Below the pieces are notes generated by a model, which was not told the origin of the DNA, did no database searches, and saw nothing but the letters and a program-made list of their open reading frames with translations. Shown here in pieces: positions 7,602 through 16,010 of a stretch of 24,000 bases of DNA. The stretch is from an uncultured Pseudokineococcus sp. (GTDB taxonomy: Bacteria; Actinomycetota; Actinomycetes; Actinomycetales; Quadrisphaeraceae): positions 132,628 through 156,627 of the forward strand of contig NZ_CANMPM010000007.1 of the NCBI RefSeq assembly GCF_947499845.1, written 5' to 3'. Each line of letters starts with the position of its first letter. Position 1 is the first letter of the stretch. The translations under genes were made by a program, and so were the position numbers.

Positions 7602-9365
7602 GTGCCGGGGCGCCTGGGGCGCCGCCTGCGGGCGGCGGGGGGCCGGGCGGCGCGGCGGTGGCGCCGCTCGCTGACCGTCAGGGTGGTCGGTCTCACCGTC
7701 GTCCTGTGCGTGCTGACGATGGCGGTCGTCGGGGGCTTCCTCGCCGACGCCATCAGCGAGCGGCTCTTCGACGCCCGCCGGGACCAGGCCTTCGACGAGG
7801 CGGCCGCGGGGGCGCGGGCCTTCCAGGACCGCCTCGACCAGGCCGACGTCCCCACCGGCGTGGAGCTGCAGCAGTTCGTCCTCGACAACAGCGAGCAGCT
7901 GAGCAACGTCGGTGGCGAGGGCTCGGCGGGCTTCCTGCTCCTGCGGGTGCCGGGCAGCGACGCCCCCGTCACCATCAACGGCCTCCAGAGCAGCGGCCTG
8001 ACCCCCGGGCTCCTGCCCGAGGCGCTGCGCGAGGCCGTGGAGACGGAGTCGACGCAGCAGGCCGCGCCGGTCGCCCTCCCGAGCAGCGACGGCGGCACGA
8101 CGCCGGGCCTCGCGGTCGGCCAGCGGGTCGACCTGGCGCTCGCGGGTCAGTACGAGCTCTACTTCGTCATCGACCTCGGCCGCGAGCAGGAGACGCTCGA
8201 CGCCGTCCAGCGCGTCCTCGTCGTCGGCGGGCTCCTGCTCGTGCTGCTGCTCGGCGGCGTCGTCTCGGTCGTCACCCGGCTCGTCGTGCGCCCCGTGCGC
8301 GAGGCGGCCGCCGCGGCCGCGCGGCTGTCGGCCGGCGACCTCGACCAGCGCGTCGACGTCCGCGGCGAGGACGACCTCGCCGCCCTCGGCCGGACGTTCA
8401 ACGACATGGCCGCGTCCCTGCAGCGCCAGATCACGCAGCTGGCCGAGCTCTCCCGTCTGCAGCAGCGCTTCGTCTCCGACGTCTCGCACGAGCTGCGGAC
8501 CCCGCTGACGACGATGCGGATGGCGGGGGAGGTGCTCCACGAGGCGCGCGGCGACCTCGAGCCGGCGGCCTCGCGCTCCGCCGAGCTGCTCATGACGCAG
8601 CTGGACCGCTTCGAGGCCCTGCTGGCGGACCTGCTGGAGATGAGCCGCTTCGACGCCGGCGCGGCGGCGCTGGACCCGGAGGTCGTCGACCTCGCGGCGC
8701 TGGTGGCCCGCGTCGTCGAGCACGCCGAGCCGGTGGCCTCGGCGCAGGGCGTGGAGGTGTCGGTGGTCGTGCCGGAGGGCCCGGTGACGGCCGAGGTCGA
8801 GCCGCGGCGGGTCGAGCGGGTCGTCCGCAACCTCGTGCTCAACGCGGTCGAGCACGCCGAGGGCCGCCCGGTGGAGGTCGAGCTGGCGGCCGACCCGTCG
8901 GCGGTCGCCGTCCTCGTGCGCGACCACGGCATCGGCCTGCGGCCCGAGGACGCCGAGCGGGTCTTCGACCGCTTCTGGCGCGCCGACCCGGCCCGCGCCC
9001 GCACCACGGGCGGCAGCGGGCTGGGCCTCGCCATCTCCACCGAGGACGCCGTCCTCCACGGCGGCCGCCTCGAGGTCGTCGGCCAGCTCGGCCTCGGCGC
9101 CGCCTTCCGGCTCCTGCTGCCGCGGGTGGCCGGAAGCGCGGTGGGCATGTCGCCGCTGCCCATGCCGGCGGACCTCGCCCCCGCCGCCCCGCCGGACGAC
9201 CCGACCGCGCCGAGCGTCCTCGTCGAGGGCCTGCCCGGCGTCGTCCTCGTCCCCAGCGCCGCCGGCTCGCCCGGCGCGTGGGGCGACGCCGGCACCGAGG
9301 CGGCCGCCGACACCATCGCGACGGCGTCCCTGCCGGTCCTGCCGCCGCCGGCCGGCCGTGGCTGA
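7602..9365 (+). CDS. mtrB: Sensor histidine kinase MtrB
   Basis: The GTG start is 4 nt after the mtrA stop. The protein has two TM segments flanking an extracytoplasmic loop and a HAMP domain. Kinase motifs: H-box FVSDVSHELRTPLTT, N-box VRNLVLNAVEHA, G1 DHGIGL, G2 GGSGLGLAI. The tail is Pro-rich. Confidence 0.9.
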   Translation: MPGRLGRRLRAAGGRAARRWRRSLTVRVVGLTVVLCVLTMAVVGGFLADAISERLFDARRDQAFDEAAAGARAFQDRLDQADVPTGVELQQFVLDNSEQLSNVGGEGSAGFLLLRVPGSDAPVTINGLQSSGLTPGLLPEALREAVETESTQQAAPVALPSSDGGTTPGLAVGQRVDLALAGQYELYFVIDLGREQETLDAVQRVLVVGGLLLVLLLGGVVSVVTRLVVRPVREAAAAAARLSAGDLDQRVDVRGEDDLAALGRTFNDMAASLQRQITQLAELSRLQQRFVSDVSHELRTPLTTMRMAGEVLHEARGDLEPAASRSAELLMTQLDRFEALLADLLEMSRFDAGAAALDPEVVDLAALVARVVEHAEPVASAQGVEVSVVVPEGPVTAEVEPRRVERVVRNLVLNAVEHAEGRPVEVELAADPSAVAVLVRDHGIGLRPEDAERVFDRFWRADPARARTTGGSGLGLAISTEDAVLHGGRLEVVGQLGLGAAFRLLLPRVAGSAVGMSPLPMPADLAPAAPPDDPTAPSVLVEGLPGVVLVPSAAGSPGAWGDAGTEAAADTIATASLPVLPPPAGRG

Positions 9366-11148
9366 GCGCCGCCCCGGGACGCGGCGCCCGCCCGTCGCGC
9401 TCGCGCTCCTGCTGGTCGCCGTCCTCGCCCTGCTCACCGGCTGCGTGGACCTGCCCCGCCGCGGGCCCGTCGAGGGCGGCCCCGCCCCGGCGGCGCCCGA
9501 CCCGGCCCTGGGCTTCCTCGCCGAGGGCCCGCCGACGGGGGCCTCGCCCGAGACGGTCGTCGAGGGCTTCCTGCGCGCCTCGGCCGCCTTCGACGACGAC
9601 TCCGCGACGGCCCGCCTCTTCCTCACCCCACGCGCGGCGCGGTCCTGGCGCCCCTCCGAGCGGGTCGTCGTCATCGCGGCGAGCGGCCTGGTCGTCGGCG
9701 GCACCGGGGCCTCGCAGCCCGCCGCCGACCCGGGGCGCCCGACGTCGACGGTGACGCAGGGCACCGTGCAGACCGTGCGGGTCACGGCACCGCTCGTCGG
9801 GGAGGTCGACCGTCGCGGCCGGTGGACGACGGCGCCGCCGCGGGCGTCCTACTCCGTCGACCTCGACGTCGTCCGGGCGGACGGCGTCTGGCGCCTCAGC
9901 GACCCGCCGGACGAGGTCGTCGTCAGCCACGACGTCTTCCGGCAGGTCTACCGCGCCTACCCGCTCACCTTCCTCGACCCGACGCGGACCGCCCTCGTGC
10001 CCGAGCTGCGCTGGTTCCCCGGGCGCTCGCCGAGCGCGACCCTCCTCGTCTCCGAGCTGCTCGCCGGCCCCTCGGAGTGGCTCGCGGGGGCGGTCACCAC
10101 CGCCTTCCCCGAGGGGACGCGGCTGCTGAGCTCCCCGCCCGCCGTGCCCCTGGACCCCGGCGGCACCGCGGTGGTGGACCTCTCCGACGAGGCGCGGGCC
10201 GCCGACCCGGGCACGCGCCTGCTCATGGAGGCGCAGCTGCGCGCCACGCTGAGCCCCGTCCCCGGGGTGCGCGAGGTGCAGCTGTCGTCGGCCGGCAGCG
10301 CCCTCGGGCTGCCGGACGCCCAGCTCGGGCTCCTCGACCCGCTGGCCCCCGCCGGTCCGCCCGTCGTCCTGTCCGGAGGCCGCATCGCGCGGCTCGACGG
10401 CGACGGGGCCGAGCTGGTGCCCGGGCTGCTCGACGTGTCCTCGCTGCTGCCCAGCGACCCGGCGGTGGGGGTGGACGGGCTCTTCGCCGTGCTCGTGCAG
10501 CAGCGCGGGCGCCTGCTCGTGGGCGTTCCGGACGAGTCGGAGGAGGGGCCGGGGCTGCGCGGCGTCCTCGCCGGCGAGGAGCTCGTGGCGCCGAGCGTCG
10601 ACGTCCGGGGGTGGGTCTGGACGACGCCGGCCGAGGCCGGGGGCGAGGTCCTCGCCGTCGACGCGGCGGGGGAGGTGCGCACGGTCGAGGCGCCGTGGCT
10701 GGACGGGCGGTGCGTGCGAGCGCTGCAGGTCTCCCGCGACGGCGCCCGCGTCGTCGTCGCCTCGACCGACGGTGACGGCGGGGCCCACCTCGACGTCGCC
10801 GGCGTCGTGCGCGACGGCGAGGGCGCGCCGGAGCGCCTCGACGTGCCCGACGCCCCGCCCGTCCCCGGACTGGTGTCCGTCACCGACGCCGGGTGGCAGG
10901 ACGCGACGACGGTCGTGGCCGTCGGCTCCCTCGCCGACGGTCCGCCGCAGCTGCTGCGGGTGGCCGTCGACGGCTCGGACGTGCGCGCCGTCGAGGTGCC
11001 CGAGGGCGTCGAGCGGCTGACGTCGGCCGAGGCGGCCGGGCGCGTGCTCCTCGACGCCCCCGGGGGCGGGGTGCTGCAGCCCGCCGGGCTGGCCTGGGTC
11101 GTGCGGCCGGGCTCGGAGACCTCGACCGACCCGTCCTACCCGGGCTGA
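9358..11148 (+). CDS. lpqB: Lipoprotein LpqB (MtrAB-associated)
   Basis: The GTG start overlaps the mtrB stop within GTGGCTGA (9358-9365). The lipobox is LALLTGC|V. A 596-aa protein directly after mtrB matches the conserved mtrA-mtrB-lpqB operon. Confidence 0.88.
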   Translation: MAERRPGTRRPPVALALLLVAVLALLTGCVDLPRRGPVEGGPAPAAPDPALGFLAEGPPTGASPETVVEGFLRASAAFDDDSATARLFLTPRAARSWRPSERVVVIAASGLVVGGTGASQPAADPGRPTSTVTQGTVQTVRVTAPLVGEVDRRGRWTTAPPRASYSVDLDVVRADGVWRLSDPPDEVVVSHDVFRQVYRAYPLTFLDPTRTALVPELRWFPGRSPSATLLVSELLAGPSEWLAGAVTTAFPEGTRLLSSPPAVPLDPGGTAVVDLSDEARAADPGTRLLMEAQLRATLSPVPGVREVQLSSAGSALGLPDAQLGLLDPLAPAGPPVVLSGGRIARLDGDGAELVPGLLDVSSLLPSDPAVGVDGLFAVLVQQRGRLLVGVPDESEEGPGLRGVLAGEELVAPSVDVRGWVWTTPAEAGGEVLAVDAAGEVRTVEAPWLDGRCVRALQVSRDGARVVVASTDGDGGAHLDVAGVVRDGEGAPERLDVPDAPPVPGLVSVTDAGWQDATTVVAVGSLADGPPQLLRVAVDGSDVRAVEVPEGVERLTSAEAAGRVLLDAPGGGVLQPAGLAWVVRPGSETSTDPSYPG

Positions 11149-11259
11149 GCCCGGCGACGGCTGTCCGGCCCGCGCGCACAGGGGCCGCCGCCGGGGCGCC
11201 CGTCCACCGACCGCACCGCCGGCCCGCCACCGGACCGGTGGGGCCCGCAGCCTCCTCCC

Positions 11260-12096
11260 GTGGGCTCACCGGCGCGGCACGCGGCTCCCCCCGGGCCCTC
11301 GCGGGCGGCATGGGCGGCCTTGGGCCGCCTCGTCTGGCCGGTCGCCTGCCCCGGGTGCGGCGTCCCGGACGTGCCGTGGTGCGCGCCGTGCCGAGCCGTC
11401 CTCGCCGCGCCCCCGCTGGGCCTCGTCGAGCTGCCCGTCGCCACCGCGCCCCCCGTGCGCGCCGCGGCGCGCTACGACGGCGCCGCTCGCGGTCTGCTCC
11501 TGGCGTGGAAGGAGCGAGGGCGCCACGACCTCTCGCCGCTGCTGGCGGACGCCCTGCGCCGCGCGGGCGCAGCGGCACTGGACGCGGCGGCCGACGCAGG
11601 GGTGATGGACGCCGGGCTGGTGGACGGAGGGCCGACGGGCGCGGCGGGCGGCCCGCTCGCGCTCGTCCCGGCGCCGTCCACCCGCGCCGCCGTCCGCGCG
11701 CGCGGCGACGACCTCGTCGCCGACCTCGCCCGGCGGTGGTCGACCTCGCTCGCCCGCGGGGGGCGGGAGGTGCCCGTCCGGCGCGTCCTCGCGATGCGGC
11801 GGGGGGCGGGCGACCAGGTGGGCCGCACCGCGGCGCAGCGGACGGCGGCGCGGCGCGGGGCGCTGGTGGTCCGCGCGGCCCCGCCGCGGCGGTGCCTGCT
11901 CGTCGACGACGTCGTCACCACCGGCTCGACCCTCGCCGAGGCCGCCCGCGTCCTCGCGCTCGCCGGCTGCCGGGTCGAGGGGGCGGTGGTCGTCCTCGCC
12001 GCGCCGCCGCCGGGGGCGGGGCGCCGCCGGTCGGGCCGCACCGGCTCCCGGGACGGGCGGCCGGACGGGGGCGACCGGCGTCATGACGCGCTGTGA
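11260..12096 (+). CDS. ComF-family protein (phosphoribosyltransferase-domain)
   Basis: N-terminal 4-Cys motif CPGCG...WCAPC and C-terminal PRTase motif CLLVDDVVTTGSTLAEA. The gene sits between lpqB and hpf, as in other actinobacteria (Rv3242c-like). Confidence 0.8.
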   Translation: MGSPARHAAPPGPSRAAWAALGRLVWPVACPGCGVPDVPWCAPCRAVLAAPPLGLVELPVATAPPVRAAARYDGAARGLLLAWKERGRHDLSPLLADALRRAGAAALDAAADAGVMDAGLVDGGPTGAAGGPLALVPAPSTRAAVRARGDDLVADLARRWSTSLARGGREVPVRRVLAMRRGAGDQVGRTAAQRTAARRGALVVRAAPPRRCLLVDDVVTTGSTLAEAARVLALAGCRVEGAVVVLAAPPPGAGRRRSGRTGSRDGRPDGGDRRHDAL

Positions 12097-12555
12097 GCAC
12101 CGACCACGGCAGGCCACCGGGGCGGTCGGGCGTGCTCGCACTCCGGCGCGACGAGAGCGCCTGCGCGGCAGTCCGAGCCGTCGTCGGCGACGCGCCGGCG
12201 TCGCCGGGCCCACCAGCCGGGCGCGGGGCACACCCGCCGGGCGCGGACGCCTCCTCGCCCGGTCGGTGGGCCGGACTGTCGCACGGCCCCCGGGGCCGCT
12301 AGCGTCCGGACATGGAGCTCGCCCGGCGGCCTCGCCCGGTGCCTGACGGCGCCGGGGCGGGGCTGCGCGGAGCGCTCCCGCGGGCCGGTCTGCGCCGCCC
12401 CGCCCCGCCCGCCGCCGCCCCGGTCGTCACCGGGGGCGGTGGCCGGCCCCCCGCCCTCCTGCCGCGGGGAGGTGGCGCCTGAGCACCGAGGACCGCCCGC
12501 CGGGACAGCTCCCGGGCCGGCGCGTCGAGACCCACCCCCCATCGCTGGAGGACCC

Positions 12556-13293
12556 ATGGAGATCACGCTCACCACCCGCCACACCACCGTGCCGGAGCGC
12601 TTCCGCCGACACCTCGAGGACAAGCTCGCCAAGGTCGAGCAGGTCGCTCCCCGGGCCGACCGCCTCGACGTCGTGATCAGCCACGAGATGAACCCGCGCC
12701 AGCCGCAGAGCTGCGAGCGCGTGGAGCTGACGCTGCGCCACCGCCGGGAGGTCGTGCGCGCCGAGGCCTGCGCCGACGACGCGCACGGCGCCCTCGACCT
12801 CGCGGAGGAGAAGCTGCTCGAGCGCCTGCGCCGGCTGCGTGACCGCCGCAAGGTCCACCACGGCCGCCAGACGCCGCCGTCGGTGCGCCGCGGCTCGGTG
12901 CCCGAGGCGTCGTCCGTGCCATCGCTCGCGGTCGCCCCGCCCGCGGTGGGCGACGACGGCGCGTCCGGTGAGGAGGACGAGCCCGACGCGACGGTGGGCG
13001 CGCTGGGCCCGGGGGAGGACGAGCACGGGCTGGCGGACGCCGTCGGCGCCTCCCCGGTGCGGATCCGGGAGAAGACGCACCTGGCGCACCCCATGAGCGT
13101 GGACGAGGCCCTCGCCCAGATGGAGGCGCTGGGGCACGACTTCTACCTCTTCCTGTGCCGCAGCACGGGCGCGGTCAGCCTGGTCTACCGCCGCCGGGGC
13201 TGGAGCTACGGCGTCATCCGGCTCGAGGAGGCGCCCGAGGAGGCGGCCGCCGGCGCCGACGGGGCGCAGGCCCCCGCGGCGGTGAGCGCCTAG
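12556..13293 (+). CDS. hpf: Ribosome hibernation-promoting factor, long form
   Basis: RBS GGAGGA (12547-12552) precedes the ATG at 12556. The N-terminal S30AE/YfiA domain begins MEITLTTRHTTVPERFRRHLEDKLAKV. The C-terminal dimerisation domain is HPMSVDEALAQMEALGHDFYLFL...VYRRRGWSYGVIRL. A long acidic, Pro-rich linker joins them. Confidence 0.9.
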   Translation: MEITLTTRHTTVPERFRRHLEDKLAKVEQVAPRADRLDVVISHEMNPRQPQSCERVELTLRHRREVVRAEACADDAHGALDLAEEKLLERLRRLRDRRKVHHGRQTPPSVRRGSVPEASSVPSLAVAPPAVGDDGASGEEDEPDATVGALGPGEDEHGLADAVGASPVRIREKTHLAHPMSVDEALAQMEALGHDFYLFLCRSTGAVSLVYRRRGWSYGVIRLEEAPEEAAAGADGAQAPAAVSA

Positions 13294-13303
13294 AGGGACG
13301 CGT

Positions 13304-13335
13304 CGCCGGCCCCGGGCGAGCGCCCGGGGCCGGCG
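13304..13335 (+). terminator. GC-rich hairpin 11 nt after the hpf stop (probable intrinsic terminator without a U-tract)
   Basis: Perfect 13-bp inverted repeat CGCCGGCCCCGGG (13304-13316) / CCCGGGGCCGGCG (13323-13335) with loop CGAGCG. Confidence 0.5.
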
Positions 13336-13572
13336 GCCGGCCCTCTCGGGCGGGCCGGCGTCGTGCCGGCGACATCCGGCCCAACCGGTCGGCGACGGGC
13401 TCCGAACACCTCGGACGGGGAAGCGGTCCCCGGTCGGCGCGCCGGTGGCCCTCGCGGTCCCGCGGCGTGGCCCGATCGTGACGGGGCCGGTCGAGACGGG
13501 CGAGGGCAGCCGCTGGCATGCTCGCGCCGGCCCCCGGACGGGCGGAGACCCGCCGGGGTGGACGGGAGGGCG

Positions 13573-14424
13573 ATGGACGTGCCGAGCGCGGACGCCGGAG
13601 CGGTGCGGGCAGAGGCCCAGGCCAGTGCCGACGGGAGGGGCGTCGTCGACGGGACGGTGGGTGCCGACGGGAGGGGCGCCGTCGACGGGGCGGTCGCCGT
13701 CCCCGGAGCGGTGCTGGACGCCGCGGCGGGGCCCGTCGGGCCCGGTGCGCCGGAGCGCATCCGGGTCCTCGTCGTCGACGACCACGTGCTCTACCGCCGC
13801 GGGCTCGAGCGCGTCCTCGAGCTCGACGACGACATCGTCATCGTCGGGGAGGCCGCCGACGGCACCGAGGCCATCGCGCGCGCCGAGGAGCTGCTGCCCG
13901 ACGTCGTCCTCATGGACGTGCGGATGCCGCGGCGCAGCGGCATCGAGGCGTGCGCCGCCATCCGCGAGGTGGCCCCGAGCGCGCGCATCCTCATGCTGAC
14001 GATGAGCGAGGACGAGTCCGACCTCTTCAGCGCCGTCCAGGCCGGGGCCAACGGGTACCTGCTCAAGGACGTGCCGGGCGAGGAGATCGCGGCGAGCCTG
14101 CGCGCCGTGCACGGCGGGCAGTCGCTCATCAGCCCGTCCATGGCGAGCCACCTGCTGGCCGAGTTCGCCGCGCTCAGCCGCAGGGGCGCCGCCCGCGAGG
14201 ACGTGCCCGCGGTGCCCGCACCGCGGCTGACCGCCCGCGAGCTCGAGGTGCTGCGGCTCGTCGCGCGCGGCCGCTCCAACCGCGACATCGCCGGCGAGCT
14301 CTGGATCTCCGAGAACACGGTGAAGAACCACGTGCGGAACCTGCTCGAGAAGCTCCAGCTGCACTCGCGGATGGAGGCGGCCATGTACGCCGTCAAGGAG
14401 AAGCTGCTCGACCCGAGCCCCTGA
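13573..14424 (+). CDS. NarL/LuxR-family response regulator (orphan; no adjacent kinase)
   Basis: RBS GGGAGGG (13564-13570) precedes the ATG at 13573. The receiver domain has [18 protein letters not shown] (phospho-acceptor Asp), ILMLTMS and GYLLKD. The LuxR HTH is [45 protein letters not shown]. An N-terminal extension of about 55 aa precedes the receiver domain, so the start is uncertain. Confidence 0.85.
   Translation: MDVPSADAGAVRAEAQASADGRGVVDGTVGADGRGAVDGAVAVPGAVLDAAAGPVGPGAPERIRVLVVDDHVLYRRGLERVLELDDDIVIVGEAADGTEAIARAEELLPDVVLMDVRMPRRSGIEACAAIREVAPSARILMLTMSEDESDLFSAVQAGANGYLLKDVPGEEIAASLRAVHGGQSLISPSMASHLLAEFAALSRRGAAREDVPAVPAPRLTARELEVLRLVARGRSNRDIAGELWISENTVKNHVRNLLEKLQLHSRMEAAMYAVKEKLLDPSP
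13625..13696 (+). repeat. 36-bp imperfect tandem duplication inside the regulator's N-terminal extension
   Basis: GTGCCGACGGGAGGGGCGTCGTCGACGGGACGGTGG (13625-13660) versus GTGCCGACGGGAGGGGCGCCGTCGACGGGGCGGTCG (13661-13696), 3 mismatches. It encodes [12 protein letters not shown] / [11 protein letters not shown]. Confidence 0.7.
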
Positions 14425-14488
14425 CCGCCCGACGGACGGCGGTCGGGACCGCGGGGCACCGCACCCGCTCCTCCCGGCCCGCCCGGGG

Positions 14489-15796
14489 GTGGCAGCATCG
14501 TCCGCCGTGGCGGACGGGCGAGCGGCAGGTCCCGGCCCCGCGCGGGGGCGGGAGGTGCTCACCGCGGCGCAGGCGCGGCGGACGGCGCTCGCGGCGCAGG
14601 GGTTCGCCGACCGGCGGCCGCCGGGGGCGCCGACGATGCGGCACGTCCAGCGCGTCCTCGACCGCGTCGGCCTGCTCCAGCTGGACTCGGTCAACGTCGT
14701 CGCGCGCAGCCACCGGCTCCCGCTGTTCAGCCGGCTGGGGCCCTACGACGACGACCTGCTGCGCCGCGCCGCCGAGCGGCCGCCGCGGCGGCTCGTGGAG
14801 TACTGGGCCCACGAGGCGAGCCTCGTGCCCCCGGCCACCCACCGGCTGCTGCGCTGGCGCATGGCCCGGGCGGCCGACGAGGCGTGGGGCCGCTACCGGC
14901 GCATCCTCGCGGAGCGGCCGCGCCTGCTCGACGAGGTCCTGGGCGCCGTGCGCGAGGGCGGGGCCATGACGGCCGCGCAGCTGACGGCGCACCTGCACCC
15001 GGGTGCGCCGCGCAGCTCGGCCGGTTCCTGGATGGTCCCGCCGACGGAGGCCGTGCTCGCGGGGCCGGCGCGCGACGTCAAGGCCGCCGCCGAGCAGCTC
15101 TTCTGGTCGGGCGAGCTCACGGCCGCCGGGCGCACCGCGCAGTTCGAGCGGCGCTACGACCTGCCCGAGCGGGTGCTGCCGCCCGAGGTGGCCGGCGCCC
15201 CGGACCCGGACGAGGCGGACGCCGTCCGCGGCCTCGTCGAGATCGCCGGGCGCTCGCTCGGCGTCGCCACCGAGGCGCACCTGCGCGACTACTTCCGCCT
15301 GCGCCCCGACGCCTCGCGCCGCGCCGTCGACGAGCTGGTCGAGGACGGCGTCCTCGCGCCCGTCACGGTGCGGGGGTGGGCGCGTCCGGCGCTGCTGCAC
15401 CGCGACGCCGCCTTCCCGCGGCGCGTCGCCGGCCGGGCCCTGCTCTCGCCGTTCGACTCGCTCGTCTTCGAGCGCTCGCGCACCGAGGCGCTCTTCGGCG
15501 TCCGCCTCCGGCTGGAGATCTACGTGCCCGCCGCCCGGCGCGTGCACGGCTACTACGTGCTGCCCTTCCTCCTCGACGGCGAGCTCGTGGCGCGCGTCGA
15601 CCTCAAGGCCGACCGGGCCGACGGGGTCCTGCGCGTCCAGGCCGCGTGGCCCGAGCCGTGGGCGCCCGCGCACGCCGCCGAGGAGCTCGCGGGGGAGCTG
15701 CGGTCGATGGCCGCGTGGCTCGGCCTCGACGACGTCGCCGTGACGGGCCCCGGCGACCTGGCGCCCGCCCTGCTCGAGGCCCTGCGCGCGACCTGA
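14489..15796 (+). CDS. YcaQ/AlkZ-family winged-helix protein (DUF1006/HTH_42; probable DNA interstrand-crosslink glycosylase)
   Basis: Family-typical blocks: [32 protein letters not shown] (Q-L-D fits the Q-hydrophobic-D motif I recall for YcaQ-like enzymes), [37 protein letters not shown]. The start is uncertain; an in-frame GTG at 14507 is an alternative. Confidence 0.8.
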   Translation: MAASSAVADGRAAGPGPARGREVLTAAQARRTALAAQGFADRRPPGAPTMRHVQRVLDRVGLLQLDSVNVVARSHRLPLFSRLGPYDDDLLRRAAERPPRRLVEYWAHEASLVPPATHRLLRWRMARAADEAWGRYRRILAERPRLLDEVLGAVREGGAMTAAQLTAHLHPGAPRSSAGSWMVPPTEAVLAGPARDVKAAAEQLFWSGELTAAGRTAQFERRYDLPERVLPPEVAGAPDPDEADAVRGLVEIAGRSLGVATEAHLRDYFRLRPDASRRAVDELVEDGVLAPVTVRGWARPALLHRDAAFPRRVAGRALLSPFDSLVFERSRTEALFGVRLRLEIYVPAARRVHGYYVLPFLLDGELVARVDLKADRADGVLRVQAAWPEPWAPAHAAEELAGELRSMAAWLGLDDVAVTGPGDLAPALLEALRAT

Positions 15797-15858
15797 CCAC
15801 TTCTCCTCGCCCGGACGGCTGGGCGTCCCCGCACCCCTCCGCGGGGGGGACCCGGACC

Positions 15859-16006
15859 GGACTTCGTAGCCTTTGTCCGTCCGGGCGGCGCTCCGGGGCG
15901 GAGTTCGTAGCCTTCGTCCGTCGGAACGGCGCTCCGGGGCGGAGTTCGTAGCCTTCGTCCGTCGGAACGGCGCTCCGGGGCGGAGCTCCTAGCCCTTCTC
16001 CGTCGG
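15859..16006. repeat. 41-bp tandem repeat (minisatellite), about 3.6 copies, in a convergent intergenic region
   Basis: Copies 2 and 3 (15900-15940 and 15941-15981) are identical: GGAGTTCGTAGCCTTCGTCCGTCGGAACGGCGCTCCGGGGC. Copy 1 (15859-15899) has 5 substitutions. The partial copy 4 (15982-16006) is diverged and has a 1-nt indel. The array ends 5 nt from the GNAT stop codon. Confidence 0.85.
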
Positions 16007-16010
16007 GTGC

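Noticed and set aside
12299-12535. 78-aa minus-strand ORF and the plus-strand ORFs 12083..12346 and 12093..12302 in the comF-hpf spacer
   Set aside because: Arg/Pro/Gly-rich low-complexity translations with no RBS or motif. They are indistinguishable from random open frames in GC-rich DNA.
15859-16006. Possible CRISPR array
   Set aside because: The repeats are directly abutting with no unique spacers, the period is 41 bp, the copies decay towards the edges, and there are no cas genes in the window. It is a tandem minisatellite, not a CRISPR array.
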